In this document: one piece after another, positions 45,734 to 54,107 of the stretch
Numbering within the stretch: the first letter of the stretch is position 1
How the letters are laid out: the number at the start of each line of letters is the position of its first letter
Source: an uncultured delta proteobacterium
GTDB lineage: Bacteria; Desulfobacterota; Binatia; Binatales; Binataceae
Length of the DNA: 64,000 nt
Direction: 5' to 3'
NCBI GenBank assembly: GCA_963794325.1
Contig: CAWCDG010000003.1
Span: 352,001 to 416,000 of the forward strand
Translations under genes and position numbers: made by a program
The notes under the pieces: generated by a model
What the model was told of the DNA's origin: nothing
What the model saw: only the letters and a program-made list of their open reading frames with translations
Databases searched by the model: none

Positions 45734-45973
45734 ATGAAAACTGGAATCCATCCTGAATACCGCCGCTGCACGGTTGTTTGTGCATGCGGCAACACCTTCG
45801 AAACGCGCTCGACGCTCAAGGAGCTTCACGTCGAGGTCTGCTCGAAGTGCCATCCTTTTTATACTGGCACACAGCGCCTGGTCGATACCGCTGGGCGCGT
45901 CGAGCGGTTCAATCGCAAGTACGGCATCAAGAAGCCGGCTGAAAAGACGGCGGAAACCGCCGCCGAAAAGTAG
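45734..45973 (+). CDS. rpmE: 50S ribosomal protein L31 (Zn-binding type)
   Basis: MKTGIHPEY...CACG...[11 protein letters not shown]...GRVERF. Confidence 0.97.
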   Translation: MKTGIHPEYRRCTVVCACGNTFETRSTLKELHVEVCSKCHPFYTGTQRLVDTAGRVERFNRKYGIKKPAEKTAETAAEK

Positions 45974-46033
45974 CATAGCAACTCCCGCCGCCTGCGGTGC
46001 CCGGCGCACCCGGGTGCGCGGGGGAGAATCCAT

Positions 46034-46067
46034 CGGCACGGCCATCGCGGCCGCGCCGTTCTTTTTT
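46034..46067 (+). terminator. Intrinsic terminator after rpmE
   Basis: CGGCACGGCC-ATCGC-GGCCGCGCCG hairpin followed by TTCTTTTTT. Confidence 0.7.
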
Positions 46068-46111
46068 GAGGGGCGATTTTTCGGTTTTGTCGGTCGCGAG
46101 CGTGAAGGGCG

Positions 46112-47173
46112 ATGCTGGATAAGGCGAGTGCAATCGAAGAGCGGGTCGCGGAACTCGAGCGCAAGCTCGCGGATCCCGCCACGCTCGGCAATCAGCGCGA
46201 ATACGCAAAGCTCGCGAAGGAGCGATCGCAGCTCTCCGAAGCGGCGCAGTGCGCGCGTGAGTATATTCGCATCGCGGATGAAATCGCGGGGCACAAATCG
46301 ATCCTCGACGGCAATGACGCCGACTTGCGCGAGCTCGCCAAGGCCGAGATGCCCACGCTGCAGAAGAATCTCGGCGCGGTCGAAGAGAAGCTCAAGGAGC
46401 TGCTCACGCCGCGCGACCCCAACGACGAAAAAAATGTCATCCTGGAAATACGAGCAGGCACTGGCGGGGAAGAGGCGTCGCTGTTTGCCGGCGATTTATT
46501 CCGAATGTACACCCGATATGCCGAGCGGCACGGGTTCAAGCTCGAAACTCTCAGCATGAGCGACACCGGTCTTGGCGGAATCAAGGAAGTGATCGCGCTG
46601 GTGACGGGACGCGGCGCATACTCGCGCCTGAAGTACGAAGGCGGGGTGCATCGCGTGCAGCGCGTGCCGGAGACCGAAGGATCGGGACGCATCCACACCT
46701 CGGCGGTCACAGTTGCGGTGATGCCGGAAGCCGACGAGGTCGAAGTCAATATCAACGAGGCGAAGGATCTCAGGATCGACGTGATGCGCGCGTCGGGACC
46801 GGGCGGGCAGAGCGTCAACACCACTGACTCGGCGGTGCGAATCACGCATATTCCGAGCGGGATGGTGATAATCCAGCGCGACGAGAAATCGCAGCATAAG
46901 AACAAGGCGAAGGCGTTGAAGATCCTGCGCGCGCGATTGCTCGAGCAGGCGCAGTCCGAGCAGCAAGCGAAAATCGCGCAGACGCGCAAATCGATGGTGG
47001 GGACGGGTGACCGCTCGGAACGCATTCGCACCTACAACTTTCCGCAATCGCGCGTGACCGACCATCGCGTCAACGTGACGATTCATCAGCTCGACAATTT
47101 TCTCGACGGCGCAATCGATCCGGTAATCGACGCGCTCGCCGCGTACGATCGCGAGCAGTCGCTCGGCGCATAG
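46112..47173 (+). CDS. prfA: Peptide chain release factor 1
   Basis: EIRAGTGGEEA, HRVQRVPETE (PxT), GPGGQ, RIRTYNFPQ. Confidence 0.98.
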   Translation: MLDKASAIEERVAELERKLADPATLGNQREYAKLAKERSQLSEAAQCAREYIRIADEIAGHKSILDGNDADLRELAKAEMPTLQKNLGAVEEKLKELLTPRDPNDEKNVILEIRAGTGGEEASLFAGDLFRMYTRYAERHGFKLETLSMSDTGLGGIKEVIALVTGRGAYSRLKYEGGVHRVQRVPETEGSGRIHTSAVTVAVMPEADEVEVNINEAKDLRIDVMRASGPGGQSVNTTDSAVRITHIPSGMVIIQRDEKSQHKNKAKALKILRARLLEQAQSEQQAKIAQTRKSMVGTGDRSERIRTYNFPQSRVTDHRVNVTIHQLDNFLDGAIDPVIDALAAYDREQSLGA

Positions 47174-47180
47174 CACGCCG

Positions 47181-48050
47181 ATGAGAGAGCGGCGCGCGCT
47201 GGAGGCGATCGACAAGGCGTCACGCCGGCTCGCGGTCGCCGGCATCGAATCGTCCCGGCTCGACGCTGAAGTCCTGATGGCGGAAGCGGCGGGCGTCCCG
47301 CGTGAAGCGGTAATCACCGGTTCAATCGCGCTTTCGCCCGAGACACTAAACAAATTCGACGCGATGATTGCGCAGCGCGAGAAACGCGAGCCGGTCGCGT
47401 ATATCGTCGGCCACAAGGAATTCTACTCGTTCGATTTCGAAGTCACTCCTGCCGTGCTGATTCCGCGGCCGGAGACTGAGTTCGTTGTCGGCGCGGCGCT
47501 GCAATATGTAAAGGCGAAGCCGGATGCGCGCGTGCTCGATATCGGCACGGGGTCAGGCGCGATCGCGATTGCAATCGCCGTTAACGCGCCGCACGCGCAG
47601 GTGACGGTGGCGGATATTTCCGCTGACGCGCTTGAGGTGGCGTCGCGCAATGTCCGGCGTCATCGGGTCGAAGATCGGCTGATGCTCCGACTCGCCGACT
47701 GCTTCGACGTACTCGACGGCGGACCGAGTTTGGGCAAATTTGACGTGATAGTCTCCAATCCGCCTTACCTGGATGACGCTGAAATCGCCGCTCTGGAGCC
47801 CGACGTGCGCGGCTTCGAGCCGCGAGTTGCTCTGAGCGCGGGCGCCGGGGGCCTCGATATCCTGTACAGGATCGCGGCGGGCGCCCCCGGACATCTTGCG
47901 CGCGACGGCGAGCTGATAGTGGAGGTGGGGATGCAGCAGGCGCCTCTGGTCGTTAAGCTTTTCCAGGACGCGGGCATGAGCGTCGCCGCTGTGATAAACG
48001 ATTTCGCGGGGTATCCGCGTGTGGTGCGGGCGCGCAGAGAAGGGACGTAA
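47181..48050 (+). CDS. prmC: Release factor glutamine methyltransferase
   Basis: LIPRPETE, DIGTGSG, SNPPY; follows prfA. Confidence 0.97.
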   Translation: MRERRALEAIDKASRRLAVAGIESSRLDAEVLMAEAAGVPREAVITGSIALSPETLNKFDAMIAQREKREPVAYIVGHKEFYSFDFEVTPAVLIPRPETEFVVGAALQYVKAKPDARVLDIGTGSGAIAIAIAVNAPHAQVTVADISADALEVASRNVRRHRVEDRLMLRLADCFDVLDGGPSLGKFDVIVSNPPYLDDAEIAALEPDVRGFEPRVALSAGAGGLDILYRIAAGAPGHLARDGELIVEVGMQQAPLVVKLFQDAGMSVAAVINDFAGYPRVVRARREGT

Positions 48051-48056
48051 CTCAGA

Positions 48057-49313
48057 ATGGAAAAAATGATCATTCACGGCGGCGTTCCGCTGCGCGGGAC
48101 CGTCACGCTCAGCGGCAGCAAGAATGCGGCGCTGCCGATCATGATGGCGTCGTTGCTGACGTCCGAGCCGCTTCATCTCACCAACGTCCCGCGGCTTCGC
48201 GATGTAAAGACTGCGATGGACCTGCTGACCCAACTGGGCGTCGAGGCGCGCTGGACTGATGAGCATCGCGTCGAGCTGCGCGCCGCCAACGTCACCTCCC
48301 ACGAGGCGTCGTACGAATTGGTCAAGACGATGCGCGCGTCGTTCGTCGTGCTGGGGCCGCTGCTGGCGCGGACCGGACGTGCTCGCGTCTCTACTCCGGG
48401 AGGTTGCGCGATCGGTGCGCGTCCGGTGAATTTGCATATCTCGGGGATTCGCGCGCTCGGCAGCAAGATCCAGTTCCGTCACGGTTACGTCGAGGCGCAT
48501 GCCGAGAAGCTGACGGGCGGGCGCATCTGGTTGGATTCTCCGTCGGTCGGCGCAACTGAAAATATTCTGATGGCGGCGGTGACGGCGCGTGGCCGGACGG
48601 TGATCGAAAACGCGGCGCGCGAACCCGAGGTGCAGGATCTCGCTCGAGTGCTGGTTGCGATGGGCGCGAAGATCAGCGGCGCCGGCACACACGTGATCGA
48701 AATCGAAGGCGTCGAGCGGCTGCATGGCGCCGAACACGAAGTTATACCGGATCGAATCGAAGCCGGCTCGATGATGGCGGCCGCGGCGATTACCGGCGGC
48801 GACGTTACGATCACGAACGCGCCGATCGAGCATCTCGATAGTGTCGCAACCAAGCTGCGCGAGGCGGGCGTCACGGTCGAGGCGAACGGCAACGGCATTC
48901 GTGTCGCGCGCCTCAATGGACTCAAGTCGGTCGAGCTGCGCACGCTGCCGTATCCGGGCTTTCCGACCGACCTCCAGGCGCAGATGATGGCGATGCTGAC
49001 GCAGGCCGACGGCAGCTCGGTGATCACGGAAACGATTTTCGAGAACCGCTTCATGCACGCGCAGGAACTGGCGCGGATGGGCGCCGACATTTTGATGAAA
49101 GGACCCACCGCCGTGGTGCGCGGGCCGTCAAAGCTGAGCGGCGCGCCGGTGATGGCGACCGACCTGCGCGCCAGCATGGGATTGATAATCGCGGGCCTCG
49201 CGGCCGAGCACACCACCGAGCTGAGCCGTATCTACCACCTGGATCGCGGGTATGAAGCTCTCGATGCCAAGCTCTCGAGCCTCGGCGCCAGAATCGAGCG
49301 CGCGCAAGAATAA
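48057..49313 (+). CDS. murA: UDP-N-acetylglucosamine 1-carboxyvinyltransferase
   Basis: SGSKNAALP, PGGCAIGARP, PGFPTDLQAQ, DLRA, HLDRGY. Confidence 0.98.
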   Translation: MEKMIIHGGVPLRGTVTLSGSKNAALPIMMASLLTSEPLHLTNVPRLRDVKTAMDLLTQLGVEARWTDEHRVELRAANVTSHEASYELVKTMRASFVVLGPLLARTGRARVSTPGGCAIGARPVNLHISGIRALGSKIQFRHGYVEAHAEKLTGGRIWLDSPSVGATENILMAAVTARGRTVIENAAREPEVQDLARVLVAMGAKISGAGTHVIEIEGVERLHGAEHEVIPDRIEAGSMMAAAAITGGDVTITNAPIEHLDSVATKLREAGVTVEANGNGIRVARLNGLKSVELRTLPYPGFPTDLQAQMMAMLTQADGSSVITETIFENRFMHAQELARMGADILMKGPTAVVRGPSKLSGAPVMATDLRASMGLIIAGLAAEHTTELSRIYHLDRGYEALDAKLSSLGARIERAQE

Positions 49314-50719
49314 TGAGACCCCGCGTCCTCAAGTCTCAGACGCCGGAATTCAGAAAATTCCTGGATGCGATACTCACGCGCCGAGGCGGTGACAGCGCCG
49401 CCATCGATGCCGCGGTGTCGAAGATAATCGCCGACGTGCGAAAGCGTGGCGATCGCGAGCTGATCGAGCTGACGGCCAAATTTGACCACGTGAAGCTTAC
49501 CGCGAAGACGCTGCGCGTGACGCCGGCGGAACGGCAATCGGCGATCAATCGAATCCCGCCCGAGGATCGCCGCGCGCTCGAATTGGCGGCTGAGCGAATC
49601 GCGGACTTTCATCGTCGTACGATGGAGAAATCTTTCATCTATCGCGACAAGTCCGGGATGCGGCTGGGGCAGATGGTGCAGCCGATGCGCCGCGTCGGGA
49701 TTTACGTGCCGGGTGGGCTCGGCGCGTATCCGTCGTCGGTGCTGATGAATGCGATTCCAGCAAAGGTCGCGGGCGTCGCCGAAATCGTGATGGTTTCGCC
49801 GCCCTCGTCGGAGGGCGAGCGGCTGGCCGTGCTGGCGGCAGCGGAGATTGCGGGAGTCGACGAATTCTACCGCGTCGGCGGAGCGCATGCGGTCGCGGCC
49901 CTCGCATACGGCACGGAGAGCATCAAGCCGGTGGACAAGATCGTCGGCCCCGGCAACGCGTACGTGCAGGCCGCGAAGCGGATGGTTTACGGAGTCACCG
50001 ATATCGACAAGATGGCGGGACCGAGCGAGGTGCTGGTGATCGCCGACGACCGCGCGAACCCCGAATGGATCGCCGCCGACCTGATCGCGCAGGCCGAGCA
50101 CGGTTCCGGCGACGAGGCTGCGGTGCTGTTGACGACCTCGGCGAGTATCGCTGATCGTGTCGCCGAGGCGGTTGAAGTCGCGTTGAAGAGTCTCCCACGA
50201 GCGCGCCAGGTCGAGGCTGCGCTGATCAAACGCGGCGCGATGGTCGTCGTCGGCGATCTCAACGAGGCCTTCGATCTTGCCAATGAGATCGGCCCGGAGC
50301 ATCTCGAGCTCGACCTGCGCAATCCGTCGCGATGGCTGCCTAAGGTCAAAGCCGCCGGCGCCGTTTTCTTAGGCCCGCTGACCCCCGCGCCGCTTGGCGA
50401 CTACCTGGCGGGTCCGAATCACGTGCTGCCGACCGGTGGAGCGGCGCGCTTCGCATCGCCCTTGGGTGCATACGATTTCCTGAAACGAACCAGTATAATC
50501 GAGGCGTCGATGAGCGCGATTGCGGCGCTGGGACCTACCGTCGCGCATCTGGCGCGGATGGAGGGGTTCGAGGGTCATGCACGCGCGATGGAACTCCGCG
50601 CCAACGGCGCAGATGGAAAGGCAAAGCGGGCAGGCGGGAAAAATGCAAAGGCACGGGTGACTCCAGCACCCGGTACTAAGAATGCAAAACAAACGAAAGA
50701 TATTACGAAACGAATCTAA
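49313..50719 (+). CDS. hisD: Histidinol dehydrogenase (with basic C-terminal extension)
   Basis: GIYVPGG, GPGNAYV, AGPSE, QAEH, EHLE, GDYLAGPNHVLPT. Confidence 0.97.
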   Translation: MRPRVLKSQTPEFRKFLDAILTRRGGDSAAIDAAVSKIIADVRKRGDRELIELTAKFDHVKLTAKTLRVTPAERQSAINRIPPEDRRALELAAERIADFHRRTMEKSFIYRDKSGMRLGQMVQPMRRVGIYVPGGLGAYPSSVLMNAIPAKVAGVAEIVMVSPPSSEGERLAVLAAAEIAGVDEFYRVGGAHAVAALAYGTESIKPVDKIVGPGNAYVQAAKRMVYGVTDIDKMAGPSEVLVIADDRANPEWIAADLIAQAEHGSGDEAAVLLTTSASIADRVAEAVEVALKSLPRARQVEAALIKRGAMVVVGDLNEAFDLANEIGPEHLELDLRNPSRWLPKVKAAGAVFLGPLTPAPLGDYLAGPNHVLPTGGAARFASPLGAYDFLKRTSIIEASMSAIAALGPTVAHLARMEGFEGHARAMELRANGADGKAKRAGGKNAKARVTPAPGTKNAKQTKDITKRI

Positions 50720-51347
50720 GACCGGACCGGTCGCTCGGCTGGCGACGGCTGCGGCCAAGCGCAGCGCCGAGGTCGAGCGCAAGACGCGTGAGACGAGCGT
50801 CACCGCCTCGCTCAAGCTCGACGGGACAGGGCGCGGCGAGGCGAAGACCGGCGTTCCGTTCCTCGATCACATGCTCGAGAGTTTCGCACGCCACGGATTC
50901 TTCGATCTGAAGGTCGAAGCCAGCGGCGATCTGCATATAGATGACCATCACACGGTCGAAGATGTGGGGATGGTCGTGGGGCGTGCGTTCCGACAGGCGC
51001 TAGGCGATCGCGCGGGAATCAAGCGTTTCGGCGAGGCGACGGTGCCGCTGGACGAGGCCCTCTGCACCGCGATTGTCGATATCAGTGGGCGTGCGTACCT
51101 CGGCTACAACGTGCCGATCAGCCAGGAGCGGGTCGGCAACTTTCAGACCGAGCTGGTGCACGACTTCATGAAGGCGATGACCGACGAAGTCGGGATGAAC
51201 TTGCATCTCATCCTGCTGAGCGGCCGCAACCCGCATCACATCATCGAGGCTACGTTCAAGGCGCTGGCGCGCGCGATGGACCATGCGACGGCGCGCGAGC
51301 CCCGGCTCTCAGGCGTGCTGTCGACCAAAGGCACGCTCAGCAGCTAG
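50682..51347 (+). CDS. hisB: Imidazoleglycerol-phosphate dehydratase (monofunctional); start uncertain
   Basis: R.TRET, FLDHML, DDHHTVED, PLDEAL, NPHHIIEA.FKA, STKG. Confidence 0.96.
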   Translation: MQNKRKILRNESKTGPVARLATAAAKRSAEVERKTRETSVTASLKLDGTGRGEAKTGVPFLDHMLESFARHGFFDLKVEASGDLHIDDHHTVEDVGMVVGRAFRQALGDRAGIKRFGEATVPLDEALCTAIVDISGRAYLGYNVPISQERVGNFQTELVHDFMKAMTDEVGMNLHLILLSGRNPHHIIEATFKALARAMDHATAREPRLSGVLSTKGTLSS

Positions 51348-51352
51348 ATCGC

Positions 51353-52090
51353 TTGTTCGAGAAGTTCACCGTTATTCCCTCGATTGACCTGAAGGGCGGC
51401 CAGGTCGTGCGCTTGCTCCGCGGCGACATGAGCAAGGCGACCGTCTATGGCGCGCATCCGGCGGAGACGGCGCGTCAGTTCGAGGAGGCGGGGGCGGAAC
51501 TTATCCACATAGTAGATCTCGATGGCGCGATTGCCGGAGCGCCGCGGAATATCGAGGCGATCGCGCAAATTCGCGCATCGGTGAAATGCGCAATCGACGT
51601 GAGCGGCGGCCTGCGCACAATCGAAGCGGTGCGCGCAGCGTTCGCCACCGGCGCCGACCGCGTCTCGATTGGCTCCGCTGCGTTGCTGAATCCAGGACTG
51701 GTCCGTGACGCTTGCGCGGAGTTCCCTGAAAAAATTTTCGGATCGATCGATATTCGCGACGGCAAGCTAGCGATCAAAGGATGGGTCGAGACGAGCCAGC
51801 TCACTGTCGCCGAAGCCGCGGGACGGTTCCGCAACGCTGGGGTTGCCGCTGCGATCGTGACGGACATCGCTCGCGACGGCGCGCAGGTCGGCGTCGATTC
51901 AGCTCGCATCGAGGAACTCGCCAAGGCGGTAGGCATTCCAGTGATTGCGTCGGGCGGCGTCGCTAGTCTCGACGACATCCGCGCTCTTAGGACCCGGTTC
52001 GAAACTGGGGTGGTGGGAGTAGTCGTCGGGCGGGCGCTGTACGAAGGAAATTTCAGCTTGCGCGACGCGTTGGCCGCTGCAGTTGGATAA
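51353..52090 (+). CDS. hisA: ProFAR isomerase
   Basis: IPSIDLKGGQVVRL, HIVDLDGA, GGLR, TDIARDG, IASGG, GRALYEG. Confidence 0.96.
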   Translation: MFEKFTVIPSIDLKGGQVVRLLRGDMSKATVYGAHPAETARQFEEAGAELIHIVDLDGAIAGAPRNIEAIAQIRASVKCAIDVSGGLRTIEAVRAAFATGADRVSIGSAALLNPGLVRDACAEFPEKIFGSIDIRDGKLAIKGWVETSQLTVAEAAGRFRNAGVAAAIVTDIARDGAQVGVDSARIEELAKAVGIPVIASGGVASLDDIRALRTRFETGVVGVVVGRALYEGNFSLRDALAAAVG

Positions 52091-52275
52091 GAATCGCACG
52101 CCGAAGTGAGTCGCTATAGCTACCGTACAGCTCCAGATATCTGTTTTATATTCCTTTAAATCTTTTGATACTTTTACTTATTATTTTGAAGTGTCAACTG
52201 ATGGTTCTCTATGCTGCATAGCACAATAGTGAGCGGATTAGCCTAGCCCTGATAGCAGTTGCGGATCAAAGACGC

Positions 52276-52304
52276 TTGACATTCAGTTGGTGCTTGTAGA
52301 CAAT
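52276..52304 (+). promoter_or_regulatory. Putative sigma-70 promoter for the flp genes in an AT-rich region
   Basis: TTGACA-17 bp-GACAAT, downstream of an AT-rich tract at about 52135-52200. Confidence 0.55.
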
Positions 52305-52539
52305 GCCGAAGCTGGGTAAAGATACGATTTCAACTTCTCAACTAATCACAACCAATCAAGAATAAATACCGAGTAAGATTGGATATGGTACGCGGTAAAT
52401 TGTCGAGCTTGCTAGCCATAGATGTTTTTACCTTGAGAGGCGATTTTCTCTACAAGCCGTAAATTTTGTCGCAAAAGGCGCGGGAGAGGGACTCACGCGC
52501 ATGATTGTTCGAAACACTAAACGGACGGAGGACACGGAA

Positions 52540-52710
52540 ATGGACCTGATCAGAAAATTGTACGTGAAGGCTGATGGATTGGCGCGCGGCCAGACGATGG
52601 CTGAGTACGCGTTGATTCTCGCCGCAGTTGCAGTCGTAGTTTTCGCCGGCTACCAGACCATGGGTACGACGATCACCACGCTGCTGAGCAGCGTTGACGG
52701 CAAGCTGTAA
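52540..52710 (+). CDS. flp: Flp/Fap (Tad) prepilin 1
   Basis: GGAGG RBS; G-QTMAEY cleavage/Flp motif followed by a hydrophobic helix; 56 aa. Confidence 0.92.
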   Translation: MDLIRKLYVKADGLARGQTMAEYALILAAVAVVVFAGYQTMGTTITTLLSSVDGKL

Positions 52711-52741
52711 TCCCGCAACCGATCGTAGACGATTGTGTGCA

Positions 52742-52772
52742 GCCGGCGGGGGTTTTGTTCCTCCGCCGGTTT
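52742..52772 (+). terminator. Hairpin between the flp genes
   Basis: GCCGGCGGGGG-TTTTGT-TCCTCCGCCGGT followed by TTT. Confidence 0.55.
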
Positions 52773-52833
52773 AATCCCAATTCGACACGAGATTCAGGCA
52801 GCCGAAATTATCCGCTGCCACCCGGAGTTTACA

Positions 52834-52998
52834 ATGTTTACCAAGCTATTTTTGAAAACCAGGGACTTTGCGCGCGGCCAGACGATGGCTGAGTATGCGT
52901 TGATTCTTGCGGCAGTTGCAGTCGTAGTTTTCGCCGGCTACCAGACCATGGGTACGACGATCACGACGCTGCTATCCAGCGTGGACACCAGTCTCTAG
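52834..52998 (+). CDS. flp: Flp/Fap (Tad) prepilin 2
   Basis: GGAG RBS; same G-QTMAEY motif; 54 aa. Confidence 0.9.
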   Translation: MFTKLFLKTRDFARGQTMAEYALILAAVAVVVFAGYQTMGTTITTLLSSVDTSL

Positions 52999-53045
52999 TC
53001 GCGCCGTCAGCTATTGCTCGATAATCCGCTCAGGCTGCGTCCATT

Positions 53046-54050
53046 TTAAGGACGCAGTCTGACCTGCGGATTTGCGCACCATCGCGGCATCCGGCCGGCG
53101 AACCCGTCCAGGATATTGTCGACCGCGATTGCCGCCATTCGGGCGCGAGCGTTAATGCTCGCGCTGCCGATGTGCGGCGTGATCACGACATTGTTGAGTC
53201 GAAGAACTGGATCTCGACGTGCAATAGGCTCCGGATCGGTAACATCCAGACCCGCACCAGCCAAGCGGCCAGATTTCAGCGCAGCCAGCATCGCAGCCTG
53301 ATCGATGACAGCGCCGCGCGCCGTGTTGATTAGAATCGCGCGCGGCTTCATCAGAGCAAACTCGCGCGCCCCGATCATGTGATGCGTCTTTGCCGTCAGC
53401 GGCACGTGAATCGATACATAGTCAGATCGGGCCAGTAAACTATTCAAGCTGACACCGGCCGCGAGGCGCGCGTCGCGCGACAGCTTTCGATTCCCTGGCG
53501 GATGCTTCAGATACAGCACGCGCATCTCGAAGCCCATAGCGCGGCGCGCCATCGCCTGGCCGATCGCACCGAATCCGATTAGTCCGAGCGTGCTCGAATG
53601 CACGTCGTGGCCCAGCATGGTCATCGGTCCCCACGTGCGCCATTTGCCCGCGCGTACGTGACGGTCAGCCTCGGCGATTCTGCGCGCCGTCGCCATCAGC
53701 AGGCCGAAGGCAAGATCTGCGGTGGCCTCGGTCAGCACGCCGGGCGTATGACCGACCGCGATGCCGGCGCGGGTCGCCGCCTCGAGATCAATGTTATCGA
53801 CGCCCACCGCCAGGTTGCTGATGACGCGGAGCCGCGGCGCGCCCGCAATCACGCTCGCGTCGATCTTGTCGGTGACCATCGAGAGCACCGCGTCGGCATT
53901 CGTCAGCGCCGCTCGCAGCGCCGCGGCCGGTGGCGGCATCTCTTTATCCCAGACCAAAACTCTAACCGCGTCGCGCAGCCGTATCAGCGCACCAGGGTCG
54001 ATCTGGCGTGTCACGAAGACTGTTCTGCTGGTTCGCGGCGTCCGCGGCAT
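53046..54050 (-). CDS. D-2-hydroxyacid dehydrogenase (glyoxylate/hydroxypyruvate reductase-like)
   Basis: AVGVDNID, GFGAIG, INTARG, GLDVTDPEP, PHIGSA. Confidence 0.93.
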   Translation of the reverse strand: MPRTPRTSRTVFVTRQIDPGALIRLRDAVRVLVWDKEMPPPAAALRAALTNADAVLSMVTDKIDASVIAGAPRLRVISNLAVGVDNIDLEAATRAGIAVGHTPGVLTEATADLAFGLLMATARRIAEADRHVRAGKWRTWGPMTMLGHDVHSSTLGLIGFGAIGQAMARRAMGFEMRVLYLKHPPGNRKLSRDARLAAGVSLNSLLARSDYVSIHVPLTAKTHHMIGAREFALMKPRAILINTARGAVIDQAAMLAALKSGRLAGAGLDVTDPEPIARRDPVLRLNNVVITPHIGSASINARARMAAIAVDNILDGFAGRMPRWCANPQVRLRP

Positions 54051-54107
54051 ACGGCGAAACTCCCCGGCGGTTCAAATAGTTCTGTGGCTCTGCTATACGC
54101 GACAAGC

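Noticed and set aside
52091-52500. AT-rich region as a replication origin, tRNA or prophage attachment site
   Set aside because: No DnaA-box cluster, cloverleaf or integrase is visible; it is better explained as the flp promoter region.
52305-52539. c-di-GMP riboswitch or sigma-54 promoter upstream of flp
   Set aside because: I could not find the GEMM core motifs, and TGGTACG at about 52386 lacks a correctly spaced TTGC -12 element.
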